DNA of 50,422 nucleotides, the filler included, from Jimgerdemannia flammicorona (taxonomy: Eukaryota): assembly GCA_003990765.1 (NCBI GenBank). It is 2 parts of 2 records of this genome, joined end to end, with 100 filler letters (N's around TTAATTAATTAA, not from the genome) between each part and the next. Parts side by side here need not be neighbours in the genome. Positions count along the whole stretch, not along the records: positions 1 to 25,166 come from RBNJ01000872.1; 1 more part is not named here. One strand, given 5' to 3'. A model generated the notes under the pieces. The model was given only the letters and a program-made list of their open reading frames with translations. It was not told where the DNA came from and did not search any database. This document shows, one piece after another, positions 1 to 10,531 of this stretch. How positions within the stretch are numbered: the first letter of the stretch is position 1; each line of letters starts with the position of its first letter. The position numbers and the translations under genes were made by a program.

Positions 1-88
1 GCTGTCTGGAGTTAGGAACTATCTAGTTCATACACAATCATGAATTCGGCTTATAATTTAAAAAGGAGGTCTGCTGAGGCGGCAGTGC

Positions 89-91
<3 letters not shown>

Positions 92-158
<67 letters not shown>
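92..158. repeat. Poly(T) tract, 67 nt (poly(A) on minus strand)
   Basis: Uninterrupted T run, followed by TTA/TTTTA-rich sequence that reads as several AATAAA hexamers upstream of the A tract on the minus strand. Confidence 0.95.
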
Positions 159-159
<1 letters not shown>

Positions 160-1128
160 TTATTATTATTGTTTCATCTTATTTTACTTTATTTTATTTT
201 ATTTTTAATAAGGAAAGTCGTCCAATTCGAAAAAGCAGTTGCAGGGCCCGACGGAAGGGGATAAGACAGGAGTGGCTTGGGGGTGATCGCTCACGGCTAC
301 CGGGCAAACCCGGGTTAATGGATTAACAAAGGATCTCATCACGAACCATGTTATAAAATCACGTCACATGGCATACTTGGTGTACACATATGTATACTTA
401 AATGTATGGCGAAGGTATTTAATGGTACGCAATGTACTGTACCAGGATTTTGTAATGTGCATGCGCCCGACTCTTCCAACAGCCGCCATTCCTGTGCTTG
501 GTCCTTCGGTAAGTTAAAATTCGCCAAGGGCCTGCCTAAGCTGTGCTTCACCATGAATATAATATCATATACTACTAACTACATGAGAAAATTCAATATC
601 CCATTGATCAGCAGGAAGCCTCTCTGAGCCATCTGTCGCTTTGTAAACCACATCTCGTATCCTTTTCTCATCTCACTTACATATATTAGCAAATACATAT
701 TGTCAACCCACTCATGTAACCAAATCAAAGGCCGGAGCGAAACCTTGATTATCGACCGCTTACGGAACTTGAAGCCGAGTTTGGTTGACTAAAAGGTATT
801 TAGTTTTGCATAATAACCTTGGTTGGGACCCGAGCCTTATACGTTGCATATACGTTGCATCGGAGGGGCGAGCCACATGGTCATACAATGATGACTACAG
901 GTGAAAGAAACAATGCAATATGCAATATGCATTATGCTTATCGAAATTAGATCATATATATATTATAACGCACATAATAGCATAGTTTATGATGCACTCA
1001 AACTATAATGGCTTGGTTCCGCTATCTCGAAAAACCCCGCATAGGCATAAGATGCGTAAGTAAATTGGATTCGTAGACATAAGGTGGAATGGTATGGATA
1101 TAAAGCATAAGCAGAGTACACAAAACAT

Positions 1129-3544
1129 CTATTCAAAATCATGAAATTGGAGTTGAAACCGAATCAAGCGCATGTCGGGGTCCTTCGAAGGCCAATAGAC
1201 TGAGGGATTTGCCTTTGTAATGATGTAATCCACACTGACCCGGCCCCGATTAATCAATGTCAGTAACTCCGATTTGAATCTCCCGAAATCCTCCTCGGTC
1301 TTGTTAAAGCGCTCTTCGACGAAGTCCCAGAATGTTGCCCAGTTCAAACGGTCGCAGTCTCTGCGCTTCACGGATTTGAGTCTTTTTAACAGTTCCTTGC
1401 GATTTTTACTGTCCGCGGGACACCATGCCGTGACCGCCACCTGCTTCTCTGGATCTGAGTTTGGGAACCGCAAGTCAAGCACCACGAAGCTGCCCCAGCG
1501 TTTTCGGTTCTTCACTAGAATGCGATCGTAGATCATCTGGATAAAGTGCACTATGAACACACCATACACCTTCATCATAGGGCTATTAAGGGATATTTTA
1601 TCTTCAAGAGGTGCGCGGAACGTGGAACGATCTCGTATGCTGCTAACGTCGTTTTGATGAACTGCATGGTGAAGGGGCGTGATGTTATTCTCTAAGTACA
1701 AGAGTTCCAAATTCTCCTCCTTGCCAAGCTTATGGTAGATATGGATCAGATCGCGTAACGATGTCATGGTGTCCTCGTGCCTTAGGCCGAGGGCTTTCTT
1801 GCGAATCTCCAGTGTCCGTCTGCCGTATGGCTCCGCGTCCTCGAACATTTGCTGGCTCGTATAGAAATATGATAGGTTGCTGAGAGCTGTCGCTGTATCT
1901 CGATGCTCTGGGCCGTTTGCAATCTCCGAGCTCGAAACGGCCAGCAGGGCAAAATCCTTGGCATCTTCGAAAAGAGCCTGTCGTGTGAGATAAAGGACGG
2001 TCGGCGACAGCAAAGACGGGAGCTCGTTTGAGATACCACGCTTCTCGGGGTCCCACAGCTTGAAATTCAAGATGACTTGTTGGATGTGTGGCATATAAAT
2101 CTCCATAACCCTTCTAAAATGTTCATAGTCTCCATGTTTAAAATTGGAAGGCACTTCGCGACTCAGCGCAGCGATGAGTCGCTTGCACCATTCGGGCTTT
2201 TCGGCATTGTCAATTTCGAGGCCTACAATGGTCTGAACGAGCCGATGAATTGAAACTTTTTCCCTGTAGACATCGCTATTGCTCAACTCAGTTGTGGTCG
2301 CCGCGATGCGGTGGACAAGGGAAGACGAGCACAATAAATTTATAGCCTTCTCAAGAGATCGCGGCGGAGGCTTGGCGGAATCAGGTAAAAAAATATGCTC
2401 TGGTTGTGCTCTGAAAAGTTGGAGTGGTATATTGTCCGGGTGAAGGAAGGCGAAGGCGTTGAGCAGATTGGCCGCGAAAGGGTTTTGGTCTTTAACGCGG
2501 GTGAAGCACATGTCCCAAGCAGTCCATACAGTGTGTACATAACTGTTACCCGTTACTTTCGTCAGTTCCTCCATATTTAGATATTCTTTCGGACTGTCTT
2601 TGAAATTCGTCAGGAACTCTACGGGTGTCAATCCGTCCTCTTCCATGCATGCAGCAGCCAAGTGTATTGCGAGAGGTAAATGACCTAATTCTTCAATGAT
2701 CAGCCGTCCAACTGAATCGTTTTCGGGGATGTTTTTTCGGAACAAAAGTTTCAATGCACTCTCTATATCCATTCTCACTTCATCCAAACTTATTACTGAG
2801 GTTTTGTGTTCAGCAACAGCATCACGAGACGTCAATAGGATATCGCCATCGCCTACGGTCGGATAAGAGTGGAGTATGAGTCTGTATACGCTTTCGTCGG
2901 CATTGTCGAACACCATAAGCCACCGTTTCCTTGCATCGTTGAACCACTGTTTCACCAGACTGATGTATACTGTCGGGTTTTCGATACCCTGGGTGGAGAG
3001 TTTGAGCAGCGTGGCCACCTTCAGAAAGCTGAAATTCAATGATTCCTCCGAATTGGCCATTATCCAGAAGACATACTGATACTTGGTAGGATAATTTCGA
3101 TAACAGTATTCCAGTGCAATCTGGGTCTTGCCCATTCCACCGAGGCCGATGAGAGCTACTCGCCCAAGGCTGCAGTTTTCCCTGTTGCCATCCAACAAAT
3201 GCTGCAGCTTTTCGAAAACATCTTCACGTCCCACGAATCGGTTGTTTCGCACCTCGGGTACGTCGAAAACTGGCACCAGTGGCCGACAGGCATCTGAACA
3301 GTTGTGAGCGACAGTGTCTGGGTTGCACACAGATAGATCAAGATTCCCACAGTTATTTTCATCTGGCTCATGTAGTCATTTGATCGCGCGCAATACATCA
3401 AATTAAATTCTCACCAAGATACAAGGTAGAATTGTGTATTTCCACGTTGTTTCCGGCAAAGGCAGTGCCACCATTGTCCGCTGTGGTCTCGCGTTCGAAT
3501 GTTGTATTACGAGGGCCCTTGGTACTTGAGCTAGATTCATCCAT
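1129..3544 (-). CDS. Fungal NLR-like STAND protein: short N-terminal motif, NB-ARC, TPR, ankyrin-like remnant and an extra C-terminal domain; exons 3415-3544 and 1129-3317, ~772 aa
   Basis: Motifs: RNNRFVGRE, Walker A GLGGMGKTQIALEY, Walker B WLMVFDNAD, ILLTSRD, LGHLPLAI, IHRLVQ, and kinesin-light-chain-type TPRs (GPEHRDTATALSNLSYFY; LGLRHEDTMTSLRDL). ATG at 3544 opens 43 codons + 1 nt; the intron GTGAGA...CCCAG (3414-3318, 97 nt) joins it in frame to the 733-aa ORF. Confidence 0.9.
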
Positions 3545-4598
3545 GGCTGGAATAATCAATTGCGTTCAAGTGTAAACCCGCAGCAATATTGGTGGTCGTA
3601 CAACGATTTTTGATCATCGAGAAAAGGCAGTCTCGCAACGGCTTGTGTAATCAATTCCTCGTGACCACCCAATGACGTCACAAACATGTGTACATATTTT
3701 TGGCTATTCAAATTATATTGTGCGGTTTTCAGCACACAGAATATTCCGGTTCATGCACACGGATCTCAAACTCGTCTAGTAGCAAATCCTCGATGTGCAA
3801 GCACACTTTTCGTCTTTGGGTATGACAAGCTCAATCACAGTATTGTCTAAATTTAAGCCGATTGGCGTGCTAAACCTGGTATTTATACTGCAGCGTTTGG
3901 AAACAATTGTTAAAGGGACCCCACTTGGAGCACGAGCTCGGTAATTATCACGTCAAGTAGTTGACCTGTGAAGATGGTTTAGTGCATTTGGGCGGATCAA
4001 ACGAAGATTCGGGCTCCATATAAACAACGTAATCGAATGCAGCAACGCACCATGCACCTGATAATCTACCGGTTGTATGCGGGATTACCCACCGCAAACC
4101 CTTCTCCGGCAGGCGGTTAATAAAAACCAAATCAGCATCACTCACACGCGCAAAATAGGTTCGTTTGTTCGAAAGCGGCCAGTTGCACTGCTAAGGATCT
4201 ACTTGAATTTATTTTAATGAGTAGAGAATATTTCAAAATTTACATAATAGTAAAGCTTACGTAACAATATTTGCAGTTTTCATTAAGAACTCAGCCCGAA
4301 CTGTTTTTGCTCTCTCAACGTAGTTCCATAGTATATTATTAGACATAAGCATATTGGAATATTATATCTACAAATATTTTGTAAAAAAAATCTGGTTACA
4401 TATTCTTGACATACAGCACTTGTAGTGCGAGCTTCATTGAAACTTAGAGATTCTTGGTTTAGCGTGGGATTTCGAACGATGTGGATATAACCTTAGGTCT
4501 ACAAAGGCTACACGCACCGTTCATGATGCTGTTTGTATTTCAATTAGGCATCCAACTGTTAAATTGTTCAATGACGCATATGTTCCACAACGAATTAT

Positions 4599-5126
4599 CT
4601 ATTGAAAGTCGTGAAATTGTATTTGAAAGCGAACCAAGCGCATTTCGGGATCTTTCGAAGAACAGTGCGCCGAGGGATTCGTCATTGTGCTGATGAGTTC
4701 CACACTGAGCCGGCCCCTATTCACCTTTGTCACTAGCTCGGACTTGAATCTTGCGAACTCTTTCTCGACTTGGGTAAAGCGCTCCTCGATGAAGTCCCAT
4801 AAGATCGCCCAGTCCAGGCGGTCACAGGCCCTGCTCTCCACGGGTTTCAGCTCTTTCAACATATCCTTTCGATTCTCAATGTCCGCGGGGAGCTTTTCTG
4901 TGGCCGCCACCAGCTTCTCTGGCTCCGAGTTCCGAAACCACAATTCCAGAATGAAACTGCCACTGACTATTTTTTTCTTCACTAGGGCGTGGTCGTAAAT
5001 CATCTGGATGAAGCGCGCTATGAACACACCGTACAGCTCCATCAAAGGGCTAAAGTGAGATACCTCTTCAGGAGATATGCGGGACTGATGTTTTGTGGCA
5101 CGGCGACGAGAGGATGTGTTTCCCAT
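4599..5126 (-). CDS. 175-aa protein of unknown function, paralogous to the NLR C-terminal domain; N-myristoylation-type start
   Basis: Intact ATG-TAG ORF. Residues 26-175 align with the last 151 aa of the NLR (about 92 identities, one gap, by hand), with many third-position differences. N-terminus MGNTSSRRR fits M-G-x-x-x-S plus a basic patch. Confidence 0.88.
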   Translation of the reverse strand: MGNTSSRRRATKHQSRISPEEVSHFSPLMELYGVFIARFIQMIYDHALVKKKIVSGSFILELWFRNSEPEKLVAATEKLPADIENRKDMLKELKPVESRACDRLDWAILWDFIEERFTQVEKEFARFKSELVTKVNRGRLSVELISTMTNPSAHCSSKDPEMRLVRFQIQFHDFQ

Positions 5127-6591
5127 GTTGAATTAGTTGAAAGGATAAGGCGTCGAATCAACCTAGGCCGGGAAAGTTTTATAGGACATTTAAGGCTGTG
5201 AAACCTTTATGAAATGTGACCGTATAATAGAGCGAGCCAAGATATTTGGCGTATCAAATTCCAATGATAAGTACAGCACAAGATGTTTCATTCCTCCTGA
5301 ACGACCGTTTGTACCTTCAATGAGAAAAAGAAAAAAAAATTAAAAGGGGTATGATTTCAGCATAATGTTCAGCTTTTCCTCTAATTCCACTGGCGACGCT
5401 TTGGAAGACAGGTGTTAAAAATGATAACACAAAGAAAAGTCGGGATCTAGGTTCACGGAGATACGTCGAATTAGGGTATCTATTTATACGTTATTGATAG
5501 AACACAAAAGTATCACCTCATGGAATGTGAATTCTATTTCATCCGAGCCGATCTGAAGCATCTTAATTGACTTTGTATCCAGCGGTATAAGTTTCCGACA
5601 GTATGTGCAATCTTCGTCTCAAACTATAGTAAAGAAGCAGTTGTTTTTTACCTCTTCTCGGGGGGTTTTTGACCTCTCCACGACTTTGCAGGCTACAACC
5701 CCGAATTCAAATTAAAATATCAACAAACGAGGCTCAAACGGTGAGCACCTCCGCGTGATAAAATTAGTTATTTTGTCCGCCCCTGAAATGTTCAGCATGC
5801 GGTATATCCACAGCTAATGTCCCCGAAAATTAGATTCATTTCCAATTTTATATAGTATCCGTTTGAACGGAGGTGCTGGTTATTTTGGAATGTGCCGGTA
5901 CGGTTTTCCTTGGCGCAGTCGAAACATGGAAGAGTATATACGCGGATCATCGATCGGCGAATTTGGACCATAAATGCCAAATTACCGATTGAGATTTTCT
6001 AGAATATTGAAAGCAACTCCGCAACCTAATTATCTCCCGTCTTTATCATCATTTACAACAGTTATCTGAGCTCATTTTGGGATGCCGTCAAGGGTGCTGT
6101 AACCAGGCACCTCTTATTTGCCGCATTTGCGGACGTGTTTATCCGTCGAGAGAGATGAGGATAATCTTGTGCATCGTCTGTCTGACATGACACAACCACG
6201 GGGCCGAAAACCTTAAATCGTCGGAGGGACAATGATTTTTTATTCGAACGCCGAATAACTGGATCAAGCCACGGCTAACAGACAGAAAGAAGGAAGACTA
6301 ATTCAACAAAACCGAGTGAGACTTTTGAAACAAGGACGGTGAAATTTGTAAAGGGCCTGCAACTTGTCGCCATTGCCAATTTTTCGTCTCTTGGTTGGTT
6401 TATACCTCTGCTAATGAATTTTGTTGCAAACCAACCTGTCGAGACAAAAATAGACATATTGAACGGATTCCTTGATTGGATGCGTTAATGCTATGTGTGT
6501 CTTGCCATGGCTTTCGGGAATCAAACCAAATATCGGATAAAAATCATCAATGATTTTGTCTCTTTTTATGTGAATAAAATTCCATCCCTAT

Positions 6592-8246
6592 TGTAACGAA
6601 TTGTTACATACACCTACAAGCCACTGGAAATTCCAACAGAAATTCCTATGGAATTTCTGACTAACAGTCATAGTTACCCAAAGTAGTATAACTATGTATG
6701 AACATATCCAGCACACTATATTTAGTCATAGCCTCAAATATATATAAATACTCACTATACTGAGAGCATTGTAACCTCAGCTCTGCTTTCTCCAAATATA
6801 AGAATAAAGTAGTATTCTTATCACAAAACCCTCAGACCTGACTTGTTAACAATTCTAAGCCTGATCAACTTAGGATATAAGTACAGTACTTTTATTAGTA
6901 TAAGAACCTAAAAGCAATACCTGAACTATATCATAACTGATAATTAGTACTTTCTTATAAGGACTTAGAACTTAGGGCTAATAGTTAGCTTAATTATCTA
7001 TAATATATTAATTCTATCAATATATAGCTTTATTATAATTTAGTAGTAGCAGAAGTTACTTCCCATCTACAAGTATGTAATCTTTCTTTAAAAATCTACT
7101 ATAGATAATTAGAACTAGTCAATATTACCAATATTGTCAGCAATAGTTAAGAAGTACCTTCACTCTTGATACTCTCTAGACTTAAGCTGAAGAATCTAAT
7201 AAAATCATTACTAAGTAGACCAAAATCCATATCAGTCAAGAGGAGTTTGATAAACTCAATAATGCAATCATCTAAAAAATATTCAATACTTTTCTTGCAC
7301 TCAACAAAGAAGTCTTCTATATCACTAAACTTAAGAAGAAATTTAATAAGCTAGTTGGCAGATACTTTCATAAAAAAAATATATAAAAATCTATTGAGAC
7401 TATAAGCAAACATTTTCTGAATCTTCTCTCCAATGATTGTCACTATAAAGTCAAGACCTTCCTGAACTATAAGGGATACTATACCTATTAAAAGAAATTC
7501 CACTTCTACTATCAAATTCTCTACATATAAGTGAGAATAATTCAGTAATAAAAATTACAAGCTGTTAGATCTAGTGAGACCTCCACTATATCATCTAGAT
7601 CTAGAAGGATAATTGAAGAGATATCTGAATCTAATATTGGCAATTTCAGTACTATTATAGAACCACTACTTAGAACATTAAGTTTATTGAAAATCATAGC
7701 AAATCTGACAGTTACCCTATCAAGACTATTAGCCTATAAGCTCACCTACCTCAGTAATGTCATAAAAGAGTCAATCCCAAATCACAATTGATATATCATA
7801 ATAATAGAAGAAGAACTCTAACCATCTCATCAAGCTGATAACAGAAATAGTAGAATAATATCAATAGATAACAAAATAGTAATACTAACTAACTAATAAT
7901 CATACTTACTCAAGCTCTTCATCTTAGTATTAAAACAAACAAATTTACAAAAGGTCTCCACCTTATATTATTCAAAGATAAAGTAGACTAAGTAATAATA
8001 TTTATAAATCAAGTTGATACTAATTATTATATCAATAGATGAAATAACAATTAGAACTCAGATAGTACTCTCAATAATAATGAATATTATAAGATTGAAG
8101 ACCTCTATATAACTATAGGCTTATAAGTAGAAAAAGTTATAATCCATTTCATAGACATAGCTATACAGTGATAGTATAATTTATTAGTATACCCTCTCAT
8201 CTGAGAAATCTATATAAAAATTGATGTAAGTTAAAAAGATAATAAT
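6592..8246 (+). mobile_element. Degenerate LTR retrotransposon (Ty3/Gypsy-like): 5' LTR and start of gag, interrupted by the hAT
   Basis: Starts TGTAAC where CpG content collapses, with TATA-like and AATAAA signals within ~230 bp. A stop-riddled frame resumes after the hAT. The LTR 3' end (~6825-6851) could not be fixed. Confidence 0.55.
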
Positions 8247-8274
8247 TAGTACTCTACAACCTAAGCTGACCTAT

Positions 8275-8645
8275 GTATATATTTAACCTAATCTGAAATT
8301 ATATATAATCTGTCTTTAACCTGATCTAAAAATATATATCATCCATCTTTAATCAGATCTAGAATTAAATATCACCTATCTCTAACCTGAGCTAGAAATA
8401 TATATCACCTGTATTTAATCTGATCTAGAATTATATATAATCTATCTTTAATCTAATCCAGAATTATATATAACTCATCTTTAACCTAACCTAAGAAATA
8501 TATATAATTCAACCTAAGAAATATATATAATTCAACCTGAGAAATATATATAATCTAACTTAAGAAATATATATGACCTAATATGAGAAATATATATAAC
8601 CTGACCCTGATCTATATTTAATCTAATATAGATCTGTCTTTAATC
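8275..8645 (+). repeat. Left subterminal tandem repeats of the hAT (~33-bp and ~22-bp units)
   Basis: Repeated ATATAT(C/A)A(C/T)CT(G/A)TCTTTAA(C/T)CTGATCTAGAA-like units; reverse-complement copies near 20580-20760. Confidence 0.8.
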
Positions 8646-8911
8646 TGTCTTCAAGTTATAAGATATAAAAAAAAAAAAATTACATATCTAAGATATATAT
8701 TTAGAATAAATAAATAGAAATATAATTAGAAATTAGAAATCAAAATGAAATCAGAAATAAATAGAAAGTAAATTAGGAAAATAAAGAACTTATTAGTATA
8801 AATAGATTTTACTCTTCATTACTATAAATTAACTAATCCTCCTCCTCCTCCTTATATTCCAAACTATCTTTTCTATATATTCTAAACTACTTTTCTCTAT
8901 ATATTTCTCCT

Positions 8912-9640
8912 CTATATCTCTTTGTGTTTGCCAACTTCTATTTTGTCCTCTATGCCAATCTCTCTATATTTCTCCATACTGATCTTTCCTACACTGATCT
9001 TCCCTATACAAATCTCTCCTATACTGACCTCTTCTATACTAATCTCTCTATATTTCTCTATACTGACCTTCTCTATAGAAATCTCCCCCACACTGATCTC
9101 TCCTGCACTGATCTCTCCTGTACTGACCTCTCTCATACCAATCTCTCTACTGATCTCTTCACTAGTACTGACCTCTCCCATCTCTTCATCTCCTCTACTA
9201 TTATCTCTTTTATTCTTAATATTAATTAAATGCACAAGCCTGCTATCTATCAGTTACATATAAAGTATTTTGTCATTCTTCTCTAATATTTATTCAAATA
9301 TGGTCAGTATAATAATAATTCTATCTGAATAACTTTACTTATTCTATACTTTGGTATTTACCTTAAAGCCAATATAGTATAATAAATATTCTATAATTTT
9401 CACACAGTTTTTTATTGCTCTTTTGACTTCTTGCCTCAGTTGGTTATTATGTACTTTCTTAATATATTTGTTAGCTATAGCAAAAGTATATCTAATGTCT
9501 AATTTATAAGGTCTTTTCTCTGTGAGATTTGGGATATCTGGGAAATTGGTTTGATAATACTTCCAGATAGTGCTTGGGCAAACTCAATGACAAAAATGGC
9601 AATTATAGCAAAATTTGTACTCTGGCCCAGGCTTAGAAGC
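8912..9640 (-). pseudogene. Degenerate second gene inside the hAT, divergent from the transposase
   Basis: One frame reads PEYKFCYNCHFCH*VCPSTIWKYYQTNFPDIPNL...RQEVKRAIKNCVKII... with scattered stops and continues into ORF 8912-9235, whose tail is a 15-bp repeat (EISxG). Confidence 0.5.
8950..9180. repeat. 15-bp tandem repeat (ACTGATCTCTCCTAT-like)
   Basis: Many degenerate copies visible; it explains the three overlapping low-complexity ORFs here. Confidence 0.85.
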
Positions 9641-10273
9641 TAGAGGATATATATTTCAAATATTATTAGGAAAAGAATTTAGATATTAATTTTAAAAAAA
9701 AACCCCCAATTTTTTAAGCTATATTAATATAATCTGATAGAAGACCTTATATTTGTAGACTTATGGTGAGCTGGTGATTGAGAGGCTAGAGATCTGAAAG
9801 AGTGAGCTATATAGTGGTAAACTAGTAGTAGGAAAGCTAGAGATCTAAGGGAGTGAGCTATATAGCAGTAAGCTGATAGTCAAGCTGAAGATTGGGGAGC
9901 TGAGGATTAGTAAGCTGAGAGTTAGTGAGCTTAACAATTTAAATATTAGTAAGCTTGACAGGCTGGGTATCAGTAAGCTGGATATCTTTAAAGCATCAAG
10001 CTTAAGAGGGACCTTATAAATACTTATTAGCCAGATAGCTATATTTATATATTCTCAATATAGCATTGAATTAAGTAAGGCAAAGAGATGGATAAGATAA
10101 AGTAAAGGATAAGACAAAGTAAAAAATGAGAGACAAAAGTAAGCTTTTAATATATTAAATATTAAAAAGCTATAATATCTTTCAGAAGCTCTTTCAGAAT
10201 CTCTTTAAAATCTCTTTTGAAATCTCTTTTAAAATCTCTAATAAATTGTATATTATTTAGAATAAGGTAGAGG

Positions 10274-10531
10274 TAGTGTTCCTAATAAATTGAATCAAAT
10301 TGAATTTAACTCAAATTTGATTTGATTTGATTGAATCAAAGGTCTAATTTAATTTAATTCAAATTGAATCAAAGGTCTAATTCAATTTGAGATTTGATTT
10401 GAACCCTCAATTTGATTTAAATTTGATTCAATTTAAACTTAATTTGAATTGAAAAAACTCTAATTCAATTCAATTCAAATGACTCTCAATTCAATTCAAT
10501 TCAAATTAATTTGATTTATTTGGAAGCACTA
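10274..10531. mobile_element. hAT-type MITE, 258 bp
   Basis: TIRs TAGTGTTCCTAATAAAT / ATTTATTTGGAAGCACTA; 8-bp TSD GGTAGAGG / AGTAGAGG; interior built of ATTCA/TTTGA pentamers. Confidence 0.8.

Noticed and set aside
71..158. Hairpin GGCG-GCAGTG-CGCC plus T run as an intrinsic terminator, or CTGCTGAG as a hammerhead core
   Set aside because: Eukaryotic context, very short stem, and no GAAA or closing stems for a ribozyme.
40..264. 74-aa ORF with poly-Phe
   Set aside because: Translation of the poly(T) tract.
3318..3330. GTG start of the 733-aa ORF
   Set aside because: It lies in the predicted intron; the ATG at 3544 gives a canonical spliced start.
5200..6590. Short ORFs as a possible amyloid-motif effector partner of the NLR
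   Set aside because: No recognisable domain, motif or consistent exon chain.
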